Of a stretch of DNA of 64,000 nt, positions 31,227 through 39,994 are shown piece after piece (positions within the stretch are counted from its first letter, which is position 1; each line of letters opens with the position of its first letter). The notes beneath the pieces are model-generated. The model did no database searches and was not told where the DNA came from. It saw nothing but the letters and a program-made list of their open reading frames with translations. A program made the position numbers and the translations under genes. The stretch comes from an uncultured Prevotellaceae bacterium (GTDB lineage Bacteria; Bacteroidota; Bacteroidia; Bacteroidales; Bacteroidaceae): assembly GCA_902784755.1 (NCBI GenBank), contig CACZVX010000010.1, forward strand, positions 90 through 64,089. The letters run 5' to 3'.

Positions 31227-31390
31227 CGTCATAGTCCCTTAAACAGCGAAGCGCTTAAACAGTTGCGAAGCAACGCTTAAACAGCAGCAAAGCTGCGCTT
31301 AAACCCTTATAAAGTCATCGTCACTCCCTTCCCTTCAGGGAGGGGCTAGGGGTAGGCTTCTATTAGGGAGGGTCGGGGTGAGGCTTCCCT
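31227..31390 (+). repeat. Composite repeat (mini-hairpin array, 6-mer, BoxC-like x2)
   Basis: Hairpins CGAAG, TTGCGAAGCAA and CAGCAAAGCTG between TTAAACAG/CGC linkers. Confidence 0.85.
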
Positions 31391-31407
31391 TCGTCCCTTC
31401 GGACGAT

Positions 31408-31752
31408 TTAGAAAGCAGCTGCCACCTTTCTAATATTCTCCAGGCGTTCCATGAAACTCTTATTGCGCTTCACTTTGGCCATGTCATAACGGGCTTGCAT
31501 GCGAAGCCACAACTCAGCATCAATACCTAAGATGGCTTCAAAAAGCAAGGCGTACTCTGTGTTAACTCCCCGGCGACCGTTAAGGACATCACTGACTACG
31601 GAACGCGAAAGTCCAGTCTTGTCAGCAAAACTTTTCTGAGTTATGTTGCGACTCTCCAGCTCTTCTTTGAGCACCTCACCTGGATGAGTAGGATTTTCCG
31701 GCACGAGGTTATTGGCTATCATTGTGGGATCTACTCCTTTAATCTCAATCAT
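31408..31752 (-). CDS. higA: HigA-family antitoxin
   Basis: PTHPGEVLKEE, HTH, AELWLRMQARYD. Confidence 0.92.
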   Translation of the reverse strand: MIEIKGVDPTMIANNLVPENPTHPGEVLKEELESRNITQKSFADKTGLSRSVVSDVLNGRRGVNTEYALLFEAILGIDAELWLRMQARYDMAKVKRNKSFMERLENIRKVAAAF

Positions 31753-31761
31753 ATGTGTGAT

Positions 31762-32076
31762 TTATTTATAATGATTCGACAATTCTAAAATGTTACAAAT
31801 AGTAATGATTGGCTCTTCTTGGGTTTGCCTTACCGTAAACTCTATCCTGTATTTGTCATTAACCCTAATGGATGAGCGTCCAGCTTTATCACCGACAAGC
31901 CTTTCATAATTTAGAGAATTGAAGCGATAGAGTGTTTCTATGTCTGCAGCACTCAAAAGAATGGCTATGCAGTGTCTATACCTACGAATAATATCGGGTT
32001 GGAAGCGGTGCTTTTTATCCGACTTTCCTTTATAATAGAGCTCTTGTAGATATTTTTCTTCGAAGGTTACTATCAT
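31762..32076 (-). CDS. higB: HigB/RelE-family toxin
   Basis: SLNYERLVGDKAG.SSIRVNDKYRIEF..LSNHY; toxin-first gene order. Confidence 0.9.
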   Translation of the reverse strand: MIVTFEEKYLQELYYKGKSDKKHRFQPDIIRRYRHCIAILLSAADIETLYRFNSLNYERLVGDKAGRSSIRVNDKYRIEFTVRQTQEEPIITICNILELSNHYK

Positions 32077-32103
32077 ATCATAAGTACAATTCTTAATATG
32101 ATG

Positions 32104-32143
32104 CAAAAGTAAAAAAGGAATTCCAGATTTGCAAATTTGCGAA
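32104..32143 (-). promoter_or_regulatory. higBA promoter with palindromic operator
   Basis: TTTG-N20-TACTTTTG on the minus strand; palindrome TTTGCAAATTTGCGAA overlaps the -33 box. Confidence 0.6.
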
Positions 32144-32187
32144 TCGCAATTTATGGTATTTTAATATTTATCACCGTTATCGCCAAA

Positions 32188-32378
32188 ATCATAGTCATCG
32201 TCCATTAAACAGCGAAGCGCTTAAACAGTCCGAAGGACGCTTAAACAGTCGCAACGCGACGCTTAAACCCTTATCAAAGTCATCGTCATTGTCATAGTCA
32301 TAGTCAATTACCTTTAACCAGCCCGAAGGGCGCTTAACCAGCGAAGCGCTTAACCAGCCGCTATGCGGCGCTTAACCT
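32188..32378 (+). repeat. Composite repeat (two mini-hairpin arrays separated by a 6-mer array)
   Basis: Six hairpin units: three with TTAAACAG linkers, three with TTAACCAG linkers. Confidence 0.85.
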
Positions 32379-32405
32379 TTTATTTAAACTTTTATCCCCA
32401 AAATA

Positions 32406-32437
32406 TTTGCACGTTTCCCAAATAATTTCTACCTTTG
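32406..32437 (+). promoter_or_regulatory. Promoter of the 874-aa secreted-protein operon
   Basis: TTTG-N20-TACCTTTG. Confidence 0.7.
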
Positions 32438-32577
32438 TCGCGTATTATGTAGCCCAACATGCGCGTACGCGCACGCAACTACCTTACTATCAATCCCATA
32501 GCCCCGTTTCCCACAGGACAATTGGGGTGATGAAAATTTGCCTAATTTCAATATAAACTCAATAAAAAACCAAAAAC

Positions 32578-35202
32578 ATGAAAAAAAATCTACGTTATTT
32601 TATGACGCTGCTACTTATGATGGTGGCTAGCGTGGGATGGGCAGAGGACGTCTACACTTTAGAACCAGCAGCCGGTTCAAACAACAGTTATGCTGGTAAT
32701 TGTGATATTACGATTGGTGGCGTAACATGGAATGTTACTGGTAATGCAACATATCAACCTTGGCGCCTTGGTGGTAAGAGTTTATCAGGTGTTGACCGAA
32801 CCGTCTATTCCAAAACTGCTATGGGCTCTGCCATTTCTAAAGTGGAATTAACTGTTGGAGCCGCATCTTCTATAACCGTAAATAGTCTTAAACTGATAGT
32901 GGCTCGTGATGCTGAATTTAAAGATCAAATTGATGAGGTTGCTGCTGATTTTGCAGCCAATTCTACAATAACTTTCACTCCCACAACTGGAACAGAATGG
33001 GCTACAGGGGCATATTACAAATTTATATTCAATGTTACAGTTAATGGTACTTCAAATAAATTCGTAGAGTTTTCGAGTGCCAAATTCTTTAAAACTTCTT
33101 CAGGAACTACTCCCACTGTTGCCAAGCCGACATTCTCACCTGCAGCTGGTGAAGTAGAATCAGGTACACAAGTTACGATTGTTACTCCCGAGGGTGCGAG
33201 CGGTGTGATGTATTCTTTTGATGGAGAAACATATCAAAACTACACCTCACCTATTGAGATTACCGAGGAAACAACTATTTATGCTAAAGCTTATGATTCA
33301 GACAATAATTATAGCGAAGTTGTTTCCGCAACATATACAATTAAAACTCCAGCCCCAAAGCCTAATGAGGGTGATTATGTAAAAGTAACTTCTACAGATG
33401 ATATTACAGATGGTATCTATCTTATTGTCTATGAAGACGGCGGGCTTGCTTTTAATGGCGGATTAACGACTTTGGATGCCACAAGCAATACAATCTCTGT
33501 AACAATTACTAATAATACAATTGCTGGTAGCGAGACTGTAGATGCTGCTGCGTTTACAATTAACGCTGAAGCTGGCTCTATCAAGAGTACATCCGGTTAT
33601 TATATTGGAAAAACAGCAAATTCCAACGGTCTTAATTCAAGCAAAACTGAGGTATATACTAATAGTTTTGAAATCTCAGAAGGAAATGCTATTATCAAAT
33701 CCTCTGGTAATCCTACACTCCAATATAACAAAAATTCAGGTCAAGAACGTTTCCGCTATTTTACATCAACTAGCCAACAACCAATAGCTCTTTACAAAAA
33801 GGTCGTAGCTGAAGACACTCGCGAAGATGCTAACTTCTCGTTCCCACAAGCTTCTTATGCAATTGAACAAGGTGATGAATTTATTGCGCCTACATTGAGT
33901 AAGGCTGATGGGTATGACGGCATGATAACATACACCATTAGTGGTGATGATATTGCAACGATTGACAGCGAGACAGGAGAATTAACCCTCAAAGGATCTA
34001 CCGGTTCAGCTCTTATCACAGCTATAGGTACTGGTTCTACAACATTCAAGGATGATGAAGCTTCTTATTCGTTGACAGTAACTGCAGTTTGTCAAAACAT
34101 TGCAGCATTCAAAGCTTTGACAGATGGTACAACTTCTAAACTAAAGCTTACTAATGCCCAGGTACAATACATTAACGGTAGAGATATGTATGTAGCTGAT
34201 GAAACTGGCGGTATAGACTTTTATAACATTGGTGAAAATTATGCTGCGGGTACGTTACTGAATGGTTACATAACTGCTAAATACACAGTTTATAAAGGTA
34301 CAAAAGAACTTACCGAGCCTACTGAGAAAAACATTGAAGCCACTGATGGCACTGTTAATGCGACTCCATTGGAAGGTGAAAGTGTTTCGCTTGATGCAAA
34401 TGAGTATACATTGGTTCAGGTTACTGGAGAGTTGACAAAAACTGATAACAATTACTTTATTGATGGACTCCAAGTATACAACAAGTTCAAGATTTCCGAA
34501 ATCGATCTCGGCAGCCTTACTGAAGGAAACACATATATAGCAACAGGTATTGTAGTTCCTTACAATAACAATGCTGAATTGGCTCTGACAGCTATAGAGG
34601 AAGTAGCTACTTCCATTAACTTCACTATTGCCGAGGCCTGCACCGATGGCAAAGGCAACTACTTTGGAACCTTCTATACTGATAAGGCTTACGTAATGCC
34701 TGTGGGTGTAACAGGTCAGACCGTAGCTGTTGATGCTAATAGCAAACTTGTGGTGAACGATGCATATGATGCTGGCTCTGTAGTTCCTGCTAAGACACCT
34801 CTGCTGATGAAAGCTACAGCTGCTGGTGAGAAGACTGCAGAAGTAACAACAGAAGAAGGTTCTGCTGCCACTAATAATATGCTGAAGGGTACACTGACTG
34901 CTGATGAAGAGACAACAGGCGGCGATAAGTATTATCGTCTGACCATGCACAATGGCACAACTCTTGGTTTCTATTGGGGTGCTGAGAATGGTGGTGCTTT
35001 CAAGCCAGGTGCGAACAAAGCTTATTTGGCTGTTCCAGCAGCTGCTGCTAAGGAAGGTTTCGCATTTGGTGAGACTACTGGAATCAACAACGTTAACGCT
35101 AACGAAAACGAAAGCGGCAAGATCTTCAACCTCGCCGGTCAGCAGATGAAGAGCGCCGTGAAGGGTGTTTACATCAAGAACGGACGCAAGTACGTGAAGT
35201 AA
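32578..35202 (+). CDS. Secreted multi-domain beta-rich protein with Fn3-associated/CHB_HEX_C-like domain and T9SS-type C-terminal signal
   Basis: Signal peptide; VAKPTFSPAAG..YTSPIEITEETTIYAKA; tail TGINNV..IFNLAGQ..KGVYIKNGRKYVK. Confidence 0.8.
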   Translation: MKKNLRYFMTLLLMMVASVGWAEDVYTLEPAAGSNNSYAGNCDITIGGVTWNVTGNATYQPWRLGGKSLSGVDRTVYSKTAMGSAISKVELTVGAASSITVNSLKLIVARDAEFKDQIDEVAADFAANSTITFTPTTGTEWATGAYYKFIFNVTVNGTSNKFVEFSSAKFFKTSSGTTPTVAKPTFSPAAGEVESGTQVTIVTPEGASGVMYSFDGETYQNYTSPIEITEETTIYAKAYDSDNNYSEVVSATYTIKTPAPKPNEGDYVKVTSTDDITDGIYLIVYEDGGLAFNGGLTTLDATSNTISVTITNNTIAGSETVDAAAFTINAEAGSIKSTSGYYIGKTANSNGLNSSKTEVYTNSFEISEGNAIIKSSGNPTLQYNKNSGQERFRYFTSTSQQPIALYKKVVAEDTREDANFSFPQASYAIEQGDEFIAPTLSKADGYDGMITYTISGDDIATIDSETGELTLKGSTGSALITAIGTGSTTFKDDEASYSLTVTAVCQNIAAFKALTDGTTSKLKLTNAQVQYINGRDMYVADETGGIDFYNIGENYAAGTLLNGYITAKYTVYKGTKELTEPTEKNIEATDGTVNATPLEGESVSLDANEYTLVQVTGELTKTDNNYFIDGLQVYNKFKISEIDLGSLTEGNTYIATGIVVPYNNNAELALTAIEEVATSINFTIAEACTDGKGNYFGTFYTDKAYVMPVGVTGQTVAVDANSKLVVNDAYDAGSVVPAKTPLLMKATAAGEKTAEVTTEEGSAATNNMLKGTLTADEETTGGDKYYRLTMHNGTTLGFYWGAENGGAFKPGANKAYLAVPAAAAKEGFAFGETTGINNVNANENESGKIFNLAGQQMKSAVKGVYIKNGRKYVK

Positions 35203-35232
35203 ATAGATTTTAACTTTAAAACAATAAAGAAA

Positions 35233-35415
35233 ATGAAGAAATATATTAAGCCATTAACTAAAGAAATTAAGGTTAATTCCTATAATAGCCTGCTTGCTGG
35301 CTCTGGTGTGACATCAGGTAGCTCTCTCGGAGATGCATACAGCGAAGGCGATGCTTCATACAGCAAGGAGTCTAGCGGCTTCGATGATTCTTACGATGCC
35401 GACGAGGAAGAATAA
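35233..35415 (+). CDS. Small MKKYIKP-type peptide with acidic tail
   Basis: 60-aa ORF with paralog at 41119-41286. Confidence 0.7.
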   Translation: MKKYIKPLTKEIKVNSYNSLLAGSGVTSGSSLGDAYSEGDASYSKESSGFDDSYDADEEE

Positions 35416-35417
35416 TA

Positions 35418-35626
35418 GGAAGCCTCACCCCTGCCCTCCCCTAAAGGGAAGGGTGAAACAATAACCAAAAGTGGACGGACATGATTGTTCGTCCACTTTT
35501 TTTAAGAAGCCTCACCCCTGCCCTCCCTCAATAAAGGGTTAATAGGTTAAGCGCTTCGCTGGTTAAGCGCCCTTCAGACTGTTTAAGCGCCACTATGTGG
35601 CTGTTTAAAGGACGATGACGATGACA
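35418..35626 (-). repeat. Composite repeat (BoxC-like x2, mini-hairpin array, 6-mer), minus orientation
   Basis: Reverse complement of the modules at 30430-30616. Confidence 0.8.
35467..35503 (+). terminator. Terminator, copy 1 of 3
   Basis: AAAAGTGGACGGACA-TGAT-TGTTCGTCCACTTTT. Confidence 0.8.
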
Positions 35627-35839
35627 ATAAACGATACTTTTCTGCCCCTTCTGCATAGGGGGATTTTAAAACTTACAGTTTTCGTGAGTGATTAGGCCCT
35701 AATTACTGACGAAAACTTAAAGATTTGGGGAGTGATTAGGGCCTAATTACAGGACCCTCTAAACAGCGCCTCTCTAAACGTCTTTCGCTACGTTCATCCC
35801 CAGTAGTCTTTTCCCTTAGGAAATGGCTTTGTCTCTTTG

Positions 35840-35915
35840 CCATTCTTACCTTGCTTAAATGGCGTGGAAGCAACGTAAAAATGGCGTGGAAGCAACGTAA
35901 GAATGGCATAGAAGC
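35840..35915. repeat. 22-bp tandem repeat with an inverted copy
   Basis: AAATGGCGTGGAAGCAACGTAA x2 + partial; GCCATTCTTACCTTGCTT upstream is an inverted copy with one mismatch. Confidence 0.75.
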
Positions 35916-36250
35916 CTCACCCCAATAAAGGGTTAATAGTTTAAGCGCTTTGCTGGTTAAGCGCCCTTCGGGCTGGTTAAAAGTAATTGACTATGACTTT
36001 TAACGGAACACAGAGACACAAAATCGCGATTAAGTGAGTACCATATGAGCTTACTCTTAAATGGTCGAACGTGAGCGATTTATTTAAAGACACAAAGTAT
36101 TTCAGGCATATGCGAACCATAATATAAAAAGTGGACGAACAATCATGTCCGTCCACTTTTACTTAAACTTTTAACCAGCCCGAAGGGCGCTTAAACTATT
36201 AACCCTTTATTGAGGTCATCGTCATAGTCATCGTCAAAACACTTCGTGTC
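35912..36250. repeat. Facing composite-repeat copies (minus 35912-36022; plus 36167-36250)
   Basis: CAATAAAGGGTTAATAGTTTAAGCG...GGTTAAAAGT present in both orientations, differing by one hairpin unit. Confidence 0.8.
36126..36160 (-). terminator. Terminator, copy 2 of 3 (exact reverse complement of copy 1)
   Basis: AAAAGTGGACGAACAATCATGTCCGTCCACTTTT, downstream of the minus-strand 253-aa gene. Confidence 0.75.
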
Positions 36251-36254
36251 CTCA

Positions 36255-37016
36255 TTATCTCTTGTGATGATAATCTTTGATAAGCCCCTTCTTCACTAAG
36301 ATAGGCAGAATGTTTGCTGCCGACTGGCGATCGCCCTTAGTTCCACGTCCGTAATACTGTTCGTAGGTTACGGGATCATTGCGCAGCAACTTTTCCATAA
36401 AATTATCATTGATGCGTGTCATGAGAATCTTTCCTTTCTCGTTGGGCGCTTTGTCTAGCAGATAGAGTATGTGATGCTCCATCAGGTCATCATTTGTCAA
36501 AAGCAAGTCGGCAGCCAAGAATAACGAACCTGAGGTATAGTGGCCGGTAGCCAGCAGTCCGATGTCAAGTCCTAAGTTCACCAGGTCTAGCACATCGCCT
36601 AAGGTCACCTTGTAGCAGATGACGCATAGTTTGCCGTCTTTGTAGGGCAGTGCACGTGTGTACTGGCTGATGGGCAGCACGGCACCGTCGTCATCGCGCA
36701 GCATACGGCTATTGATGAACAATTGTCCGTCAACCGACATGATGAATACATCTTTCTTGATGATCTGATTGACTTCCTTGTCGTCAGTCTTGATAGAGAA
36801 TTCCATCCCGTCGTATTTGATACGGCATGAATCGGGTTTTTTGTCACCAGTGAGAGACTCGTATGACTTCCATCGATTGTTCACAAAGTCGTTGTAACTC
36901 ATACATACCTTGGTTTGTGCCTGAATTGTCAGGGTGATAAAGAGCAGAAGGGCAGAGAGGGCTGCGCGACTAAGATCCTGCTGCATGAATCGATTAATAT
37001 TTAATGATGCGTTCAT
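36255..37016 (-). CDS. Hypothetical exported protein
   Basis: 253-aa ORF with signal-peptide-like AALSALLLFITLTIQAQ. Confidence 0.7.
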   Translation of the reverse strand: MNASLNINRFMQQDLSRAALSALLLFITLTIQAQTKVCMSYNDFVNNRWKSYESLTGDKKPDSCRIKYDGMEFSIKTDDKEVNQIIKKDVFIMSVDGQLFINSRMLRDDDGAVLPISQYTRALPYKDGKLCVICYKVTLGDVLDLVNLGLDIGLLATGHYTSGSLFLAADLLLTNDDLMEHHILYLLDKAPNEKGKILMTRINDNFMEKLLRNDPVTYEQYYGRGTKGDRQSAANILPILVKKGLIKDYHHKR

Positions 37017-37102
37017 TTTTTTAAGAATTTAATTGTTATTGTTATAATTGTTACTGTTCTTTTAGATAATTCGCTGTCCAGGTGTAAGCGTTTTGTGAAA
37101 CG

Positions 37103-37225
37103 CTATAGCCTTTCAGACGGATATTCATTTTGTATTCCTTTTGTTTTGGAACTTGAAAACACGCTGCTGTTGCTGATGTTGAGGATGGTTGTGAGCATCC
37201 AAAATGCGAATTGTTCTGTTTTCAT
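37103..37225 (-). pseudogene. 40-codon remnant resembling a lipoprotein signal peptide
   Basis: MKTEQFAFWMLTTILNISNSSVFSS parallels MKKTVLWVFAAILSICSTSVMTSC of the upstream gene but lacks the Cys. Confidence 0.3.
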
Positions 37226-37248
37226 TTTATATAGTTATATATTATGTC

Positions 37249-38328
37249 TTATTGTATCACATTGGCACCTTTTTCGATGACCACCTTGCCTGTCGTCTTG
37301 ATACCATTCACGGCATTAACGAATCCTACAGTTGATTTGATGGTGATGTCACCACAAGTGTTGTCTAATGTTCCGATGCCGGGAGCATTCATGCCTTTGG
37401 CAATGATGTTGCCGCCTTCGAGGACGATATTGCCGGCATAGTCGAAGGAGCAGCCTTCCTTGCCACTGCCGATACCAGGTGCATTGTAGTCTCCTACTGC
37501 CTCAAGCGAGCCCGATCCCTTTATGGTGAGGGTATGGCACTCAGGAATGTAGATGCCCGGACTGCCAATGTAGTTTCCTCTTACATAGTTGTCGCCTTCG
37601 AGGATGATGGTGGCATCTCCCAGACATTCGAGTCCGGCTGATTCATAGCAACTTCCCGATATTCTATAGGCGATTCTTGCATTGCGAAGTGTGACTGTGG
37701 CTTTGTCCTGAATCTGTATCGAGGCATTGTCATTTTTAATACTACCCGTAAGTACATCGCCATCATGAAGAACGATTCCATGGGTAACTTTCGACAAATC
37801 GATAACATTTTCTTCGCTATTGCCGCCATGCCATGCATCAGTCTCGTTTTTATATTTCTTGATTTGTGCTTCGCTGGCGCGTGTGAATGGTATTTCATCA
37901 TGACCGATCTTCCATTTCAGCATCTTGCCGTCGAAGTAGAGCACGTCATTTTCCTTGTTGTTATGGGCTTTGACGAAGACTTTGCCTTCAGCATTCTTCT
38001 TGTAGGTGAACTCCGCGTCTTCTTCATAGCGTTCTACAAGTATTTGGAGGTACTCGCCATTTTTCAGCGCGACCAGTTCGCGCCAGCCAGTTCCGTCAGA
38101 GTTGAATTGGTAGAGGATGGTTAACTGATCGGTTTCTGCAGGGATGTCCATGCCCATTTCTTTGGCATAACTCCCTATACCGTCAACGCGCTGTTCAATA
38201 ATCCATTGTCCTACCAAGTCGTTCTTGTTTACATATTCAAATTCATCATCATTATTGCATGATGTCATTACGCTTGTGCTGCAGATTGAAAGGATGGCAG
38301 CAAACACCCAAAGTACTGTTTTTTTCAT
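37249..38328 (-). CDS. Lipoprotein: lipocalin-like N-domain + Cthe_2159-like beta-helix carbohydrate-binding domain
   Basis: Lipobox MTSC; DLVGQW..YQFNSDGTG; ATVTL.N, TLTIKGSGSL, APGIG repeats. Confidence 0.7.
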   Translation of the reverse strand: MKKTVLWVFAAILSICSTSVMTSCNNDDEFEYVNKNDLVGQWIIEQRVDGIGSYAKEMGMDIPAETDQLTILYQFNSDGTGWRELVALKNGEYLQILVERYEEDAEFTYKKNAEGKVFVKAHNNKENDVLYFDGKMLKWKIGHDEIPFTRASEAQIKKYKNETDAWHGGNSEENVIDLSKVTHGIVLHDGDVLTGSIKNDNASIQIQDKATVTLRNARIAYRISGSCYESAGLECLGDATIILEGDNYVRGNYIGSPGIYIPECHTLTIKGSGSLEAVGDYNAPGIGSGKEGCSFDYAGNIVLEGGNIIAKGMNAPGIGTLDNTCGDITIKSTVGFVNAVNGIKTTGKVVIEKGANVIQ

Positions 38329-38381
38329 TTCTTTATTTGTTTTAATATTGTTATTGAATTTATTGTTTTTGATTTCCGGTG

Positions 38382-38499
38382 CAAAGGTATATCATTAATA
38401 GATAGGTAAGTGCGAAAAAGGCGTTTATATGTCTGAGTTGTTGCGACACAGAGAGTTATTTGCGTCAAATTGCGGAAGCCCCTCTAGAATCTGTCGTAA
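38382..38499 (-). promoter_or_regulatory. Operator triplet plus TACCTTTG -7 box
   Basis: TTACGACAGATT, TGACGCAA and TGTCGCAACAA at 32/19/59 bp spacing, identical to 12493-12610. Confidence 0.65.
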
Positions 38500-38536
38500 T
38501 ACTGTATCCATTTCAGCTTTTTATAAGCCAAAAGCA

Positions 38537-38812
38537 GGAGCCTCACCCCGACCCTCCCCTGAAGGGAAGGGGGATTTTAACTATGACTATGACGATGACT
38601 ATGACTTTATAAAGGGTTAAGCGTTGCTTCGCAACTGGTTAAGCGCCCTTCGGGCTGGTTAATGGTTAAAGGTTAATGGTTAATAGGTTAAGCGCTTCGC
38701 AGGTTAAACTTTTAACTGAACACAGAGACACGAAGACACAAAGAGTTTTAAAACAGTATTCTCGCCCCCTCGTCCTCCCGTCCCCTCGTCCCTTCGCTCC
38801 CTCGTCCCCTCG
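38537..38812 (-). repeat. Composite repeat, full copy, inverted relative to 30345-30616
   Basis: Shares GAGAATACTGTTTTAAAA and GTGTTCAGTTAAA junctions and the same module order. Confidence 0.85.
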
Positions 38813-38925
38813 GACGGTTAAGCAAGCTGCATTGAGGAGTAGGGGCGGCTCTAAAGCAGGGATTTATTTATTTCGAACACAGAACCCAGTTAAGGGTTTA
38901 CATTCTTCTGATTTTAAAAGAAAGA

Positions 38926-38957
38926 TTTGGAGGTTTAGAGAAAAAATTCTATTTTTG
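38926..38957 (+). promoter_or_regulatory. Promoter of the MNT-HEPN unit
   Basis: TTTG-N20-TATTTTTG. Confidence 0.7.
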
Positions 38958-38979
38958 CAAACGGAATAAAAAAAAGTAT

Positions 38980-39303
38980 ATGACAGCCGAAAGGAAGAAT
39001 CATATCATTACAGCTATAAGCAAAAAGGCTAAGGCATTAAGTCCAGAGGGTTCAGAAATCATACTCTTTGGCTCACAAGCGCGTGGCGATGCTCATAACG
39101 GCTCTGACTGGGATGTGCTTATCCTTCTTGACAAAGACCGAATATTGCCTTCCGACTATGACGAATACTCTTATCCGCTTCGGGAACTCGGATGGGATCT
39201 CGGTGAGTGCGTCAACACGGTGTTATATACAAAGAATGATTGGCAGAAAGAGGCCTTTTCCCCATTCTATGAAAACGTAACGAAGGAGGGAATACGTCTA
39301 TGA
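38980..39303 (+). CDS. Minimal nucleotidyltransferase (MNT antitoxin)
   Basis: ILFGSQARGD...SDWDVLIL (GS..DxD); FYENV..EGI.L C-terminus. Confidence 0.9.
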   Translation: MTAERKNHIITAISKKAKALSPEGSEIILFGSQARGDAHNGSDWDVLILLDKDRILPSDYDEYSYPLRELGWDLGECVNTVLYTKNDWQKEAFSPFYENVTKEGIRL

Positions 39304-39458
39304 GTCTGAACGAAGAAGACCGAATCACTATTGTTCGCTACAGAATCGAGCGTGCTGAGAATGCTTTCCTGCAAGCCAAGGCAAACTTTAAAATGGGATT
39401 TGTGGAAGTCACGGCGAACCGCTTATACTATGCGGCATATTATAGGTCATCGTCATAG
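39300..39458 (+). pseudogene. Truncated HEPN-domain gene
   Basis: MSLNEEDRITIVRYRIERA...ANRLYYAAYY, then runs into the GTCATN repeat and stops; ATGA-coupled to the MNT. Confidence 0.8.
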
Positions 39459-39842
39459 TCATTGTCATAACCCCTCGTGTCTCTGTGTATAAAAAAAACA
39501 ATAATAGAACACTTTTATGTTATCTATATGCGCAGTTAGACAAAAAATGTCTATCTCTGCAAACGAAATAATGAATACAAGATAATGGCGAGCATAGCAA
39601 GCTGGATGGATACGGAAATGATTCTTGGGCCACAAGTGGAGTATGACCCACACGTGGCATGGAAAAGGTGAAAGCGGAGTTGGTGGAGAGGCTTAATACT
39701 GAAGTTTGAATCTTGATACTGATCATTACTTTAAGGAGAGGATCAGAAGAAGGCTTCCTCTCCTTAAACTTTTAAAATACTCCTCCTCACATGATAACTT
39801 ATTTCCCTTAATCATTAAAACCTTATTTTCTTCATAAAATTT

Positions 39843-39873
39843 TTTGTCATTTCTTTTTTTGTTTGTAATTTTG
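39843..39873 (+). promoter_or_regulatory. Promoter of the 362-aa secreted-protein operon
   Basis: TTTG-N19-TAATTTTG. Confidence 0.65.
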
Positions 39874-39994
39874 CAATAATTTTATGGTTTTGTTGCACAG
39901 CAGCCAACGCAACTACTAGTTTTTAGCAGTCCCCTAGCACCGTACAACACAAAAAAAGGAACAGACCATTATAATTAACAATAAAAAAAAGGAA

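Noticed and set aside
30452-32378. CRISPR array interpretation of the linker/hairpin arrays
   Set aside because: The repeat is only 11 bp, inserts are 5-11 bp palindromes that recur, arrays have at most 3 units, and no cas genes are present.
35233-35415. Complete RiPP biosynthetic cluster
   Set aside because: No radical SAM, lasso cyclase, PqqD/RRE, peptidase or transporter gene nearby.
39490-39790. Possible gene between the HEPN remnant and the second secreted protein
   Set aside because: Only short, motif-less ORFs and a degenerate TATCTCTG box; it may be a decayed unit but is not supportable.
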